From positions 126,376 to 190,375 of the forward strand of contig SVNT01000004.1 of the NCBI GenBank assembly GCA_015066785.1: a stretch of DNA of 64,000 nt. Direction: 5' to 3'. The notes beneath the pieces are model-generated. The model had not been told where the DNA came from. It ran no database searches and saw only the letters and a list, made by a program, of their open reading frames with translations. The position numbers were made by a program, and so were the translations under genes. The stretch comes from Ruminococcus sp. (lineage in GTDB: Bacteria; Bacillota; Clostridia; Oscillospirales; Ruminococcaceae). Below, in pieces: positions 1 through 10,211 of the stretch. The stretch's first letter is position 1. Every line of letters starts with the position of its first letter.

Positions 1-309
1 AACCCATGGCCACGCAAATTCTGCTTTGTCTACTATGTGCGTTCCATTCCAGTCGGGAAGTTCGCCACTTACATCAGGAAAACTTTTTGCTTTTTCTTTT
101 GCTTCGTCGGAAATTGTGTTTGTATATGCATCTCTCTCAGGGATGTTTTCTTCCGTGGTTTCGGCCGTAGTTTCCTCCGCCACAGTAGTTGTCACCTCTG
201 TCTGTCCTGCGGGGTTATCATGTGCAGGTGTATTATCAGTACAGCCGACAAATGAGGCGAGTATCGCTGACGAAACAACAAAAGCCACAATTCTCTTTAA
301 ATTTTTCAT
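1..309 (-). CDS. Lipoprotein, 5' part only (runs off the left edge)
   Basis: Reverse-strand ATG at 307-309 preceded by a GAGAGGA-like RBS. Translation is MKNLKRIVAFVVSSAILASFVGC..., a signal peptide with lipobox Cys, followed by a Thr/Glu-rich linker. The + strand ORFs 26..352 and 37..255 are its antisense. Confidence 0.6.
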   Translation of the reverse strand, partial: MKNLKRIVAFVVSSAILASFVGCTDNTPAHDNPAGQTEVTTTVAEETTAETTEENIPERDAYTNTISDEAKEKAKSFPDVSGELPDWNGTHIVDKAEFAWPWV

Positions 310-499
310 AAAATCCTCTCTTTTCTTTTTGGGTTATTATTCCGTATTATAACATATTGAGACAATAAAATCAATGAATACCACAAAAAGCATAATGTGG
401 ATGTTTTTTTCGTTTTTTGGTTGACTTGGTAAATATTTCGTGCTGTACTGATAGGTGCAGAAGATTATTCAAAAATATATTATAGGAGGATTTTAAAAG

Positions 500-874
500 A
501 TGAAGTTTAAAAGGATTTTGTCATTTGCCCTTGCTGTGGCGATGACAGCAACATTATCTTCGGTAAATGTTTTTGCCGAAAAGGTAACAAATGTTTCAAT
601 CGATATTGACGGCAAATTCAACGAAACTATGGATTTCGGAGATATTACACTGCCTGAGATTGTAACAAAGACTGAAACGGGAAATGCGTTTATTTCTCCG
701 AATGCACCGAACTTCCTTTCGGAGAATTATAACATCGCTCGGACTGCTACCCCTGAACAGAGAAAAAGAAACGGAGTATATTTTACTCCGTTTCTTTTTC
801 GTCGGGACATAAGAACGCCCTCCCACAATCACGGGAGGGCGTCAGTTATTCTGTTATACATATCCTATCAATGA
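500..874 (+). CDS. Signal-peptide protein, probably a truncated remnant
   Basis: N-terminus MKFKRILSFALAVAMTATLSSVNVFA is a signal peptide. The last ~35 codons read through two terminator hairpins and overlap the transporter 3' end, so the C-terminus looks non-native. Confidence 0.3.
   Translation: MKFKRILSFALAVAMTATLSSVNVFAEKVTNVSIDIDGKFNETMDFGDITLPEIVTKTETGNAFISPNAPNFLSENYNIARTATPEQRKRNGVYFTPFLFRRDIRTPSHNHGRASVILLYISYQ
763..799. terminator. Bidirectional rho-independent terminator
   Basis: Stem AGAAACGGAGTA / TACTCCGTTTCT flanked by an A-run and a T-run. A second GC hairpin (GCCCTCCC/GGGAGGGC) lies at ~816-843. Confidence 0.6.
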
Positions 875-2254
875 TGAGATGAAAATGATGAGCATACAAA
901 CGGGGCAGATGAACTTCACCATTACTTCGTAAAGTCGCTTTGACCTGAACTTTGAATTTTCCATAACTTCTTCCTCAACATACTTCGGCTTGACAACCCA
1001 ACCGATAAGTATGCAGGTGATGAGTGCCACGAGAGGCATTATCACGTTGTTGCTGATGAAGTCGAAGAAATCCAGCATCTGTTTGCCGAAAATCGTGAAG
1101 TCGCTGAAAATTCCGTAACCGAATATCGAGAGAAGTCCCATCACGACGGAAACCGCAATCGCAATTATGCAGGCGGGAATTCTTTTTATGCGGAATTTTT
1201 CCATAAGCATCGACACGACGGTTTCAAGCAGGGCGATAGACGAAGTGAGCGCCGCCAATGTTACAAGCAGGAAGAATACTATGCCGACAACTCTTCCGCC
1301 GACCATGTAGTCAAATACCTTCGGGAGAGTTACGAACATAAGTCCGGGGCCGTAGCCGAGTGCGGATTCATCTCCTCCCGAAAATGCGAATACTGCGGGG
1401 ATAATCATAAGTCCTGCGAGGAATGCAATTCCCGTGTCGAAGATTTCGACATATCGCACAGCCTCTTCGATGTTGTCCTCTTTTCTCATATACGAACCGT
1501 AGGTGATGAGTATTCCCATTGCAATGGACATTGAGTAGAAAAGCTGTCCCATTGCGGCAACAACCGTCTTGAACGAGAACTTTGAAAAGTCGGGTGTGAG
1601 GTAGTATTTCACGCCGTCCATCGCACCGTCAATTGTCAGCGCATAGACGGAAATACCTATCGTAAGCAGTACAAGAAGCGGCATGAGGAGCTTGCTCACC
1701 TTTTCGATGCCCTTTTCCACGCCCATGATTACAATAACTGCCGTAAGCAGAAGGAATATCATAAAGAACAGGATTGACGGCCCTGTCGACGATATAAAGC
1801 TGTCGAAGTAAGCGGCGTATGCGTCCTTGCCTGCCTCTGCGGTTGCGAGGGCTGCTTTCTCTCCCGAAACGAAAACGGTGAAGTACTTGATTACCCAGCC
1901 GCCTATTACGCAGTAGTAGGGGAGAATGATAACGGGTACTACCGCCGCAAGAAGTCCCAACCCTCCGAATTTCGGGTGAACATCCTTGTATGCACTTAGT
2001 ACGCTCTTGCCCGTGCGTCGCCCGATAGCGATTTCACTGAGGCAAAGAGAAAATCCGAATGTTACTGCGAGGAGAATATAGACCAGAAGGAATATTCCGC
2101 CCCCGTATTTTGCGGCAAGATACGGGAAACGCCAGATGTTCCCGAGACCTACGGCAGAGCCTACCGCCGCAAGTACAAATCCCAGCTTTGAGCTGAATCC
2201 TGCCTTGTTAGTTGTAGTTTTATTTTCCTTTTTCACAAAATCCCACCAATACAA
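854..2254 (-). CDS. Sodium-dependent transporter, neurotransmitter:sodium symporter (NSS/SNF) family
   Basis: GSAVGLGNIWRFPYLAAKYGGG signature near the N-terminus. Polytopic hydrophobic protein of 466 aa. Confidence 0.9.
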   Translation of the reverse strand: MYWWDFVKKENKTTTNKAGFSSKLGFVLAAVGSAVGLGNIWRFPYLAAKYGGGIFLLVYILLAVTFGFSLCLSEIAIGRRTGKSVLSAYKDVHPKFGGLGLLAAVVPVIILPYYCVIGGWVIKYFTVFVSGEKAALATAEAGKDAYAAYFDSFISSTGPSILFFMIFLLLTAVIVIMGVEKGIEKVSKLLMPLLVLLTIGISVYALTIDGAMDGVKYYLTPDFSKFSFKTVVAAMGQLFYSMSIAMGILITYGSYMRKEDNIEEAVRYVEIFDTGIAFLAGLMIIPAVFAFSGGDESALGYGPGLMFVTLPKVFDYMVGGRVVGIVFFLLVTLAALTSSIALLETVVSMLMEKFRIKRIPACIIAIAVSVVMGLLSIFGYGIFSDFTIFGKQMLDFFDFISNNVIMPLVALITCILIGWVVKPKYVEEEVMENSKFRSKRLYEVMVKFICPVCMLIIFISSLIGYV

Positions 2255-2296
2255 AAATCAATAGATATTATACCTTTATTATTTATTTTTGTCAAA

Positions 2297-3307
2297 TTAT
2301 AAGCAATTATTACAGTATAAAAAATCGTTATATCCGTTTTTTGCAAGCATTTCAAGATTTTCTTCCGAGTATTCTATTTCTTTTGAGAAGTTCTTTGCCA
2401 GAGCGGCGCAGGCTGTCGGGGAGAAATCTCCGCCTTCCGAGAACATACGGGCGAGTATTGCAACGCTTGATACCATAAGATTTATCTTCGCCGGAACCTC
2501 ATCGTCGTACACGGACTTGAGGAAATATCTCCACACGAAATATACTGCAATGTTGCGGAGATACCCGTCGGTTTCGGGCAGGAAGATTTCCTTGTTACAG
2601 CCGCCGTCAATAATCCCCGAAATATACGGGTGCCAGCCGATGTCAAGAGGCTCGAGCGTCAAGAGAAATTCCAGCAGTTTTTGCGTGTCGGGGGAGAATT
2701 TTTCCCCGACGCTTTTTATTGTCGGCAGATTATAGTCGCCACCGTTAAGACATTCCTGCAGCTTATCGGTATATCGGATAATATCGCAGAGTGCATTTTC
2801 CAGCGGAATTTCTCTGTCCTGAAGGTGTGTAATGATTTTCTCTCTCGCAGAAAAGAGAAAACCGTATGCGTCGTCATCGGGCAGAAAAGTATCCTCGTCG
2901 GGAATTTCCTTTTCCGCAAGCGAAAATTCTTCGGTGAGGATTATCCGTGCCGCCTCCTCGCAGGAAAGACCTATGCCACCTTCCTTGATGTCGCCGAACC
3001 ATTCATAATATCTCGGGTGATTGGTGCATATGTCGCAGAGAGCGTTTTCACCGAGAGTGAGGATAATATCGCACAGATTGTTTTCGTTGAGGAACGGGCA
3101 ACGTTCGTTTTCGGCAAGAATGAAAGACGTAGGGTTGCCGTCGGATATCGACGACGACAGACGCTCCCCGAACTCTCCCTCGACCAGAGAATATTTCTGC
3201 GCTGTATCTTCGTCGATGTCTATTTCCCAGCCGATACAGCAGTTGTCACTGCACTTGTCGGCAATACAGCGGAATTTATCATAGTACGACGGTGTGCAGA
3301 ATATCAT
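2297..3307 (-). CDS. Cys-rich FliB-like (flagellin lysine-N-methylase family) / YkgJ-type protein
   Basis: MIFCTPSYYDKFRCIADKCSDNCCIGWEIDID N-terminal Cys cluster typical of this family. Start moved to the ATG at 3307 behind GGGAGGTG, which removes the overlap with the MATE gene. Confidence 0.55.
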   Translation of the reverse strand: MIFCTPSYYDKFRCIADKCSDNCCIGWEIDIDEDTAQKYSLVEGEFGERLSSSISDGNPTSFILAENERCPFLNENNLCDIILTLGENALCDICTNHPRYYEWFGDIKEGGIGLSCEEAARIILTEEFSLAEKEIPDEDTFLPDDDAYGFLFSAREKIITHLQDREIPLENALCDIIRYTDKLQECLNGGDYNLPTIKSVGEKFSPDTQKLLEFLLTLEPLDIGWHPYISGIIDGGCNKEIFLPETDGYLRNIAVYFVWRYFLKSVYDDEVPAKINLMVSSVAILARMFSEGGDFSPTACAALAKNFSKEIEYSEENLEMLAKNGYNDFLYCNNCL

Positions 3308-3327
3308 ACCGTCACCTCCCGAAAAAA

Positions 3328-4698
3328 TCAGTTTTCGCTTACAAGGTTGCTTATCCATATGCCACGCTTGACAAGGATGTATCCCACAACGATTTTGATT
3401 ATGTCAAGCGACTGTATGATTGCGTAAATCGCCAATATGCTGAGCGGTGTCAGATGGCAGAGAACAAGTGCCAGCGGCACGCTTATCGCCCAGGAATATA
3501 CGCTGTCGAAAAGGAATGTGATGAGCGTTTTTCCGCCTGAACGGAGAGTAAAGTACAGCGCATTGAGAAAGCCCTGAACAGGGAAGAAGCACGCCGTTAT
3601 TATGATGAAAAGCTGTCCGTAGCGACGGATTTCGTCGGTAGTGTCGTAAAGTGTGGGGAACACTCCCGATATTGCGATGAGAATAACGGTGAGGATTGCA
3701 CATATTCCGCCCGTGAATTTCATCAGGGCGAAGGAGTCCTTTTCTGCCTTTTCGTATTCCATAGCGCCGAGAGTCTGCCCCGTGAGTATTCCGACAGCGG
3801 AACCGAGTGCGACGAATACCACGTTGAGCAGGTTGCATATGGCGTTTGAAATGTTCAGACCTGCGACAATTTCAAGCCCTCTTGAAGAATAGCACTGTGT
3901 AAGTGCGGCAAGACCGCCTGCCCATAAAAATTCGTTCGAGAATATGGGAAGTGTTTTTATCAGGATTTTCTTTGCAAGCTCCTTCGGTATAAGGAGAGTT
4001 CTGTAAATCCCCTGAAGGAATGTGTGCTTGTTTTTTCTTGCGTGTGCCCAGATGATGACCACCGTAAATTCAACAAACCTTGCAAGCACCGTGGCGATTG
4101 CGGCACCACGGACGCCGAGTGCAGGCGCACCGAATTTTCCGTAAATGAGGATATAGTTGAATACGATGTCCACAACGACTGAGACAACCCCTCCGACCAT
4201 GGGCTTGAGGCTGTCGCCCGTTTCACGCAGGGTAGTGGCGTACACCTGAATGAGCGCAAACGGGAATATCTGTATCAGCATTACAGAAAGATATTCCTTT
4301 GCGTATTTCAGCGTGAGAGCCTTGTCTATGTCCGCACTCTCTCCGTTAAGATAGAGGTTTATCAGATTTTCTCCGAACAGGAGGAATACCGCAAGCCCTC
4401 CGAGAGAGCATATTATTGCGATTATCGTTTTCATACGGAAGGTACTGCGTATGCCCTCGGTGTTTTCCTGCCCGTAGAACTGCGCACCGAAAATTCCGGG
4501 GCCCGAAAGCCCTCCGAAAATCGACAGATTGAAAACGAATATAAGCTGTCCCACTATTGAAACCGCCGTCATAGCCTCAGTACCGAGACTTCCGACCATG
4601 ATGTTGTCGATAAGGCTGACCATATTCGTTATGCCGTTCTGTATCATCATAGGCACTGCAAGCAGCAGGGCACGTCTGTAAATTTCCTTGTTTTTCAT
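3328..4698 (-). CDS. MATE family efflux transporter
   Basis: 456 aa, 12-TM-like profile. N-terminus ...RRALLLAVPMMIQNGITNMVSLIDNIMVG is typical of MATE. Confidence 0.85.
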   Translation of the reverse strand: MKNKEIYRRALLLAVPMMIQNGITNMVSLIDNIMVGSLGTEAMTAVSIVGQLIFVFNLSIFGGLSGPGIFGAQFYGQENTEGIRSTFRMKTIIAIICSLGGLAVFLLFGENLINLYLNGESADIDKALTLKYAKEYLSVMLIQIFPFALIQVYATTLRETGDSLKPMVGGVVSVVVDIVFNYILIYGKFGAPALGVRGAAIATVLARFVEFTVVIIWAHARKNKHTFLQGIYRTLLIPKELAKKILIKTLPIFSNEFLWAGGLAALTQCYSSRGLEIVAGLNISNAICNLLNVVFVALGSAVGILTGQTLGAMEYEKAEKDSFALMKFTGGICAILTVILIAISGVFPTLYDTTDEIRRYGQLFIIITACFFPVQGFLNALYFTLRSGGKTLITFLFDSVYSWAISVPLALVLCHLTPLSILAIYAIIQSLDIIKIVVGYILVKRGIWISNLVSEN

Positions 4699-4839
4699 TT
4701 TTCTTCTCCGATAAATTACTGATATTTTATTATGTCCTGAATGACTATTATATCTTAAAGGAATGAAAAATTCAACCCCTTGGGAATAAGATGAAAAGCA
4801 TTACCAAAACTATAAGAAAAAACGGAGGTGCTTTTATCT

Positions 4840-5808
4840 ATGTGTACAAGTATAGCGTATCGTGACGGCGGAGTATTTTTCGGCAGGAATATGGACCTGG
4901 ACTATCATTTCGACGGTCGGATTTCTGTCACACCACGGAATTTTCCGCTTATATTCAGGGATTTTTCAACCCTTGACGAGCATTACGGCTTTATCGGAAT
5001 GACAGCACGGATAAACGGAGGATTTCCTCTTTACTGCGAGGGTATGAACGAAAAGGGACTGTATATGGCAGGCCTTGATTTTGTGGGCAACGCACATTAT
5101 CCGTCGGGGACAACGGCGGGGGTAGCTCCCTTTGAGCTTATTCCCTTAATCCTCGGGGAGTGTGCCTCTGTCGATGAGGCACGGTGTGTGCTTTCGGGGG
5201 TGACGCTTTCCGATACGCCGTACAGCGAGGAAGTATCCCTCACCCCACTGCACTGGCATATTGCGGACAGGGAAAAATCCATAGTCGTCGAGCCTCTTGC
5301 CGACGGAATGAAGATATACAACAACCCTGCCGATGTGCTGACGAACAATCCGCCGTTTGATTTTCAGATGAATAACCTTTGTATGTATATGAACCTCACC
5401 CCTACGGAGCCTCTCGGCAAGCTGGCAAAAAAACCGTGGCTGACAACCTTCGGTAAGGGACTCGGCAGTTTCGGTCTGCCGGGGGATTTCTCTCCGCCAT
5501 CGAGGTTTGTCCGTGCGGTGTATATGCTTTCTTCCTCGCAGACGGAGGAGGGTACAAGCCATATCAGTCAGGTGTTTCGCATACTCGATAATGTCGCTAT
5601 GGTAAGGGGAAGCGTTCTCACAGCGTCGGGGAAGTGTAACTTCACCGATTATTCCTGCTGTTTTTCACCTGCGGATATGGCGTGCTATATTAAAACTTAC
5701 GGTAACGGAAGATTATCCGCCGCCACAATGACCGAAGAGATGCTGAGGGGTGACGAAATCCGACACTTTGAAATACCACGGCAAGAGGATATATTCCGTC
5801 TTGCGTGA
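4840..5808 (+). CDS. Choloylglycine hydrolase / linear amide C-N hydrolase (Ntn hydrolase) family
   Basis: ATG at 4840 lies ~10 nt after GGAGG and gives MCTSIAY..., with Cys2 as the Ntn nucleophile. Also FGRNMDL, YMAGLDF. The track start at 4828 is unlikely. Confidence 0.8.
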   Translation: MCTSIAYRDGGVFFGRNMDLDYHFDGRISVTPRNFPLIFRDFSTLDEHYGFIGMTARINGGFPLYCEGMNEKGLYMAGLDFVGNAHYPSGTTAGVAPFELIPLILGECASVDEARCVLSGVTLSDTPYSEEVSLTPLHWHIADREKSIVVEPLADGMKIYNNPADVLTNNPPFDFQMNNLCMYMNLTPTEPLGKLAKKPWLTTFGKGLGSFGLPGDFSPPSRFVRAVYMLSSSQTEEGTSHISQVFRILDNVAMVRGSVLTASGKCNFTDYSCCFSPADMACYIKTYGNGRLSAATMTEEMLRGDEIRHFEIPRQEDIFRLA

Positions 5809-5868
5809 CCGTCGCCGATGATGTATAATGGATATGATAACTTATGACAAAAGGAGAAATTCGTATCT

Positions 5869-7101
5869 ATGAGCGAGAAGAAATGTCGGCTTTTCAAACG
5901 CTGCGGAGGGTGTCAGCTCAGCGAGGAGTATCCCGACCAGCTTAAATACAAACAGATGAAGGTAAAAAAGCTCCTCGGCAAATATGTGGCTCCCGAAAGA
6001 ATAATCGGAATGGAAAATCCGTACTGCTACCGCAACAAAGTACAGCACGGTTTCTACACCAACCCGAAAAGACAGATTATATCGGGAATATTCCAGTCGG
6101 GAAGCGGCAGGATAGTTCCCTGCGACCACTGTATGCTTGAGGACGAAAATGCGGGAAAAATCATTGAGAGCGTAAAAATTCTTATGAATTCGCTGAAGAT
6201 TTTCCCCTATAACCCCAACACCGAAAACGGACTTATCCGTCATGTCATGGTGCGTAAGGGCAGGGGAGAGTATCTTGTCTGCATAGTGACATCAAAGCCG
6301 ATATTCCCGTCGAAGAAAAATTTTATTACTGCACTGCTCCGTCGTCATCCCGAAGTGACGACGGTCGTGCAGAATGTCTGCACAAACCCTATGCCGCTGA
6401 CAATGGGCGACAAGGAAATAATACTCCACGGCAGCGGCTTTATCGTGGACGAAATATGCGGCAAGAAATTCTGCGTGTCGGCAAGGTCGTTCTACCAGGT
6501 CAATCCCACGCAGACGGAAGTGCTTTACCGCACCGCCATTGAGCTTGCAGGCCTCGGCAAGAACGACAGGGTGCTGGACTGCTACTGCGGTACGGGAACG
6601 ATAGGCATTATCGCCTCCGACTACTGCAGAGAGGTTGTCGGCGTTGAGATAAACAAAAGTGCAGTTGCCGACGCCGTGAAGAATGCGCAGAACAACAACT
6701 GCACGAATATACGGTTTGTCTGCGACGATTCGGGAAGGTTCATGTCCTCTCTTGCCGGGGCGGGAGAGAAGGTCGATGTCGTGTTCACCGACCCGCCACG
6801 CCAGGGCAGTGACAGAAGATTTTTAGAAAGTATGGCAAAGCTCTCCCCCGACAGAATAGTGTACATATCCTGCGGTATCGAAAGCCTTGAGCGTGACCTC
6901 GTAACTCTCAGAAAGCTCGGCTATACCCCGAAGAAAATCCAGCCCGTCGATATGTTCCCGCATACAAAGCATGTTGAGACGGTGGTATTATTGTCCAAAC
7001 TAAAATCAACACATCATATTGAGGTTGAACTGAATACGGACGAGCTTGATTTGACCTCTTCCGAAAGCAAGGCTACTTACGATGAAATCAAGTCTATGTA
7101 A
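5869..7101 (+). CDS. 23S rRNA (uracil-5)-methyltransferase, RumA/RlmCD-type SAM methyltransferase
   Basis: N-terminal CRLFKRCGGCQL Fe-S motif, DCYCGTGTIG SAM motif, DPPRQG motif, and C-terminal QPVDMFPHTKHVETVVLL. Confidence 0.85.
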   Translation: MSEKKCRLFKRCGGCQLSEEYPDQLKYKQMKVKKLLGKYVAPERIIGMENPYCYRNKVQHGFYTNPKRQIISGIFQSGSGRIVPCDHCMLEDENAGKIIESVKILMNSLKIFPYNPNTENGLIRHVMVRKGRGEYLVCIVTSKPIFPSKKNFITALLRRHPEVTTVVQNVCTNPMPLTMGDKEIILHGSGFIVDEICGKKFCVSARSFYQVNPTQTEVLYRTAIELAGLGKNDRVLDCYCGTGTIGIIASDYCREVVGVEINKSAVADAVKNAQNNNCTNIRFVCDDSGRFMSSLAGAGEKVDVVFTDPPRQGSDRRFLESMAKLSPDRIVYISCGIESLERDLVTLRKLGYTPKKIQPVDMFPHTKHVETVVLLSKLKSTHHIEVELNTDELDLTSSESKATYDEIKSM

Positions 7102-7251
7102 AGAAATACAGGCTTGACGTGTCTTCCCTGAACAATTTTGTCGGTCGTTTGATGAGTATTAATTGACAATTTCGTTATATTATGGTATAACATGGTTTAA
7201 ATTAATGCCTGTTTTGTCAAAATAAAGTATCATAATGGAAAGGAATTTTAT

Positions 7252-7851
7252 ATGAATCTCAACAGAATGAACAAGATAGAACTCTTATTCAACGACAGAG
7301 TGTTTGCAAAAACATTTGTTTTCGATTTTTATGATGACATAATTGAAATGAATATAGGAAATCACGATATGAAAATCGACTCCGAGAGAAAAATCACTCT
7401 TTGGGGGTATGATATAAGTGGAAATCGTGCTATGGCTCACGCTGTCATTCAGTCTTTCAAGGAAGGAAAAGCAATTGTCAAACTTACGTCGGATTTTGTT
7501 GACCTTCCGGACAGAAGGAGAGCTTTGAAATTATCTGCAATACCCGTTATGCCTGCCACGCTTATCGTTCAGAATGTTTCTTACGACACGGAAATCAAAG
7601 ATATAAGTATTACAGGTGTTTTCATCATTTATGAAGGAGAACTTGTCTTCGGAAGAAAATGCGGTATTCTTATTCCTTCGTTACATATCGACACGGAAAT
7701 TCGTGTTGTAAGGCGACAAGATGATAACAGTGGTTACGGATGTGAATTTGTAAAATTGAATCAGAAAGAGGAAGAAGAAATTTTACAATATTTGTTCAAA
7801 AGGCAGCTTGAAGAACGTGAACTAATGAACAGACGTAAAAACAACTTATAG
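7252..7851 (+). CDS. PilZ-like domain protein (putative c-di-GMP binding)
   Basis: PDRRRALKL ... DISITGVFI resembles the RxxxR / DxSxxG PilZ signature. Only a partial match. Confidence 0.45.
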   Translation: MNLNRMNKIELLFNDRVFAKTFVFDFYDDIIEMNIGNHDMKIDSERKITLWGYDISGNRAMAHAVIQSFKEGKAIVKLTSDFVDLPDRRRALKLSAIPVMPATLIVQNVSYDTEIKDISITGVFIIYEGELVFGRKCGILIPSLHIDTEIRVVRRQDDNSGYGCEFVKLNQKEEEEILQYLFKRQLEERELMNRRKNNL

Positions 7852-8106
7852 AAATCAGTAAAGTTACGGGAGAGAATGCTTTAACAGGGGGAACTCATTG
7901 TATAATTCCTTGTTTTTGGGATTGGAATTTTCCTTGTGGCCATTGGTTTGCTCAGACGCATAATCAGGGTCAGAAGTGAAAATCATGACGAAGAACTTCC
8001 TGAATCATATATTGATAATGTCATTGTGCTTGAAGAAGGACAGTTTTCTTTGCCTATCGAATTTGATTGTAATGAATTTAACACATAATCAGAAAGAGGT
8101 GTTTTT

Positions 8107-9132
8107 ATGGCGTTTATAAAAAATGTATCAGACAAAGCTGAAAAATGTCCGAATGACGAAACAGCTTTTTTCAAGGAAAAAGTGACTTGGAAGATAATGT
8201 TGATTGTAATTGCTTTGATATGCGTCGGTATATTTGTATTGATAAGCCCTGCGTTATTCCCAAAATTTGAAGTTGATAATGCAGAAATAGAAAAGTGGAA
8301 ATTAACAAGAACTATTGACGCTATATATTCAGGTTATTATGAGGCGACTATTGTGTCGGAACAAAAAAAGCCATTTATAGTCACAATAAATAATTATTTC
8401 GGAACAATTATTTTTCATCACTGTGCATATATCGAGAACGGAGAAGGTACACTTGAACTCTCGGCGTTTTTAGATGAAGACCCTTCACTCATCTACAAAA
8501 TAACCGGATATTTATCAGGCGACAATTTAGAAGAAAAAGACTTGAATTACATAAAATATTATAGCGACAACTATGAAGACAGTGAACTTATTAACGAAAC
8601 AAGTTGTTATATAACCGTAAATGTTGAAATGAAAAATAAATCATCGGGTTTATTTTTTTATGAATATAATTGCGAATTGAATAATAAAAAGGGATTATTG
8701 TATACTGCGGTTTATAACGGCAATGCGGAAGACACGATTTTTCTGTTTGATTTGCCGTATAAATCAAGAGAAACCGAAATCACTGTAACGCCCAAATACT
8801 TCTGCAAGTGTGTTCCGTTGACCGAAAACGGTTGTACCATTGAAAAAAACTTATCGTTCGAAACAGAAACCTCATCCGACCGAAAAATATACAACGGAGA
8901 GATGAAGTTACATATTGACAATTGCGAAAGAGGCATTCTTATTTATACCGAGCAGCTTAAAAACGGAGGTAATACAGAAAAGCTCGGCAAAATCTGGGTA
9001 TGTACTGCCGAAATATTGGATAACAGGTGTGATATAACGACATATGATAGCGGAGAAAATATAAATCAACCCGAATATGATATAAAAATCATAGGATATG
9101 TTCCGATAAATGAAATAGCAGAAAATGAATAA
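8107..9132 (+). CDS. Hypothetical N-terminally membrane-anchored protein
   Basis: Single TM (WKIMLIVIALICVGIFVLISPALF). AT-rich, with no recognisable motif. Confidence 0.5.
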   Translation: MAFIKNVSDKAEKCPNDETAFFKEKVTWKIMLIVIALICVGIFVLISPALFPKFEVDNAEIEKWKLTRTIDAIYSGYYEATIVSEQKKPFIVTINNYFGTIIFHHCAYIENGEGTLELSAFLDEDPSLIYKITGYLSGDNLEEKDLNYIKYYSDNYEDSELINETSCYITVNVEMKNKSSGLFFYEYNCELNNKKGLLYTAVYNGNAEDTIFLFDLPYKSRETEITVTPKYFCKCVPLTENGCTIEKNLSFETETSSDRKIYNGEMKLHIDNCERGILIYTEQLKNGGNTEKLGKIWVCTAEILDNRCDITTYDSGENINQPEYDIKIIGYVPINEIAENE

Positions 9133-9178
9133 CGAGTATGCTATGAATATTATAAAAATAAATAGTAGTATCAGGATT

Positions 9179-9228
9179 AAAAAAGCAACCTTTTCCCATA
9201 CAGTCAAGGGGAAAAGGTTGCTTTTTTT
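9179..9228. terminator. Bidirectional terminator between convergent genes
   Basis: GCAACCTTTTCCC ... GGGAAAAGGTTGC stem flanked by A/T runs. Confidence 0.7.
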
Positions 9229-9299
9229 GTCATTAACTTTGCTATTTTTGCAAATCTGCTGACATTTTCGTTTTGTTCTGCTAGAATGATTTTCGGAAT

Positions 9300-9611
9300 T
9301 CACATTGATTTGAGCAGCTTCAGAATTATATCCTGCTGTTCAATGGTGAGCTTGTTCCAGTTGTCGAGCAGTTCACGCTGTCTGTCGGAAATGACAATAG
9401 GCGAATTGTCGAAGGCGAAGAATTCCGAAAGAGAGATGTGAAAGGCCTCGCAGATATTCATGAGCGACGGTATTGACGGATAGATATTTTTCTTGAACCA
9501 TGAGGAAATCGTGGTCTGCGAAATTCCCGACTCCTCAGAAAGACGATACTCCGTCCAGCCGCGCTCATCTTTCAGTTGTAGTATGCGTTCCAAAACAGTT
9601 ATGACTGCCAC
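9300..9611 (-). CDS. XRE-family helix-turn-helix regulator (copy 1)
   Basis: ERILQLKDERGWTEYRLSEESGISQTTISSW HTH. Close paralog of 27616..27993 in inverted orientation. Confidence 0.8.
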   Translation of the reverse strand: MAVITVLERILQLKDERGWTEYRLSEESGISQTTISSWFKKNIYPSIPSLMNICEAFHISLSEFFAFDNSPIVISDRQRELLDNWNKLTIEQQDIILKLLKSM

Positions 9612-9653
9612 CTCCGATACTATGCTATATCGTTAATTTTATACGATTTCTTA

Positions 9654-9682
9654 TTGACATATAATAATTAAAATAGTATAAT
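9654..9682 (+). promoter_or_regulatory. Consensus sigma-A-type promoter facing the T7SS genes
   Basis: TTGACA (9654-9659), 17 nt spacer, TATAAT (9677-9682). Lies in the divergent region between HTH copy 1 and the receiver-like gene. Confidence 0.6.
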
Positions 9683-9778
9683 AATTACGAATATACTCAG
9701 TATAAGGATAATATGGAGAGTGACAGCCGATTTATTCGGATAACAAGGTATATATTTATCGCAAAGGAGGAAAAAACG

Positions 9779-10189
9779 ATGCCTGATGTTTATGTATATG
9801 ACCCCGATATATTAAGACATGTTCTGACGAAAAAATATTGCTTCAAATATTTTATCCAGAACAACATCCATTCGGAAGTAAAATTCATTACCGATGATAC
9901 GACAGAAGCGAAAGAAGTTTTTTCCGCCGTGACGGAGCAATCGATTTTCATACTGAACTGCGATGAATATACCGATGAGCTGATAGATTCGTTAAAGCAG
10001 GGAAATCCCGAAAGCTACATAATAATAGTCGCAAACGACTTCAACGAAATTCTCCGGAATATGAAATCAGGGCACACTCCCGCAGGATTTATATTGAGAC
10101 CGATGTGTCAGGCTGATATAAACCAAACCATAGGCGACATCATTTCGGATTATACTGCGAAGAATAAAAGATGCGGTATGGCGGGGTGA
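9779..10189 (+). CDS. Stand-alone atypical receiver-like protein (truncated paralog of 22004..22735)
   Basis: ATG at 9779 behind AAAGGAGG. MPDVYVYDPDILRHV... is near-identical at DNA level to the start of the REC-LytTR gene. It stops after the receiver-like domain with no LytTR part. Confidence 0.65.
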   Translation: MPDVYVYDPDILRHVLTKKYCFKYFIQNNIHSEVKFITDDTTEAKEVFSAVTEQSIFILNCDEYTDELIDSLKQGNPESYIIIVANDFNEILRNMKSGHTPAGFILRPMCQADINQTIGDIISDYTAKNKRCGMAG

Positions 10190-10211
10190 AATGTAAACGG
10201 GAGTTTTTATT

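Noticed and set aside
26-352. Plus-strand ORFs 26-352 and 37-255.
   Set aside because: They are antisense to a better-supported minus-strand lipoprotein gene with RBS, signal peptide and lipobox.
7860-8106. Start-less open frame encoding a TM segment plus an acidic tail (…VAIGLLRRIIRVRSENHDEELPESYIDNVIVLEEGQFSLPIEFDCNEFNT).
   Set aside because: It has no start codon or RBS. It may be a remnant, but this is not supportable as a feature.
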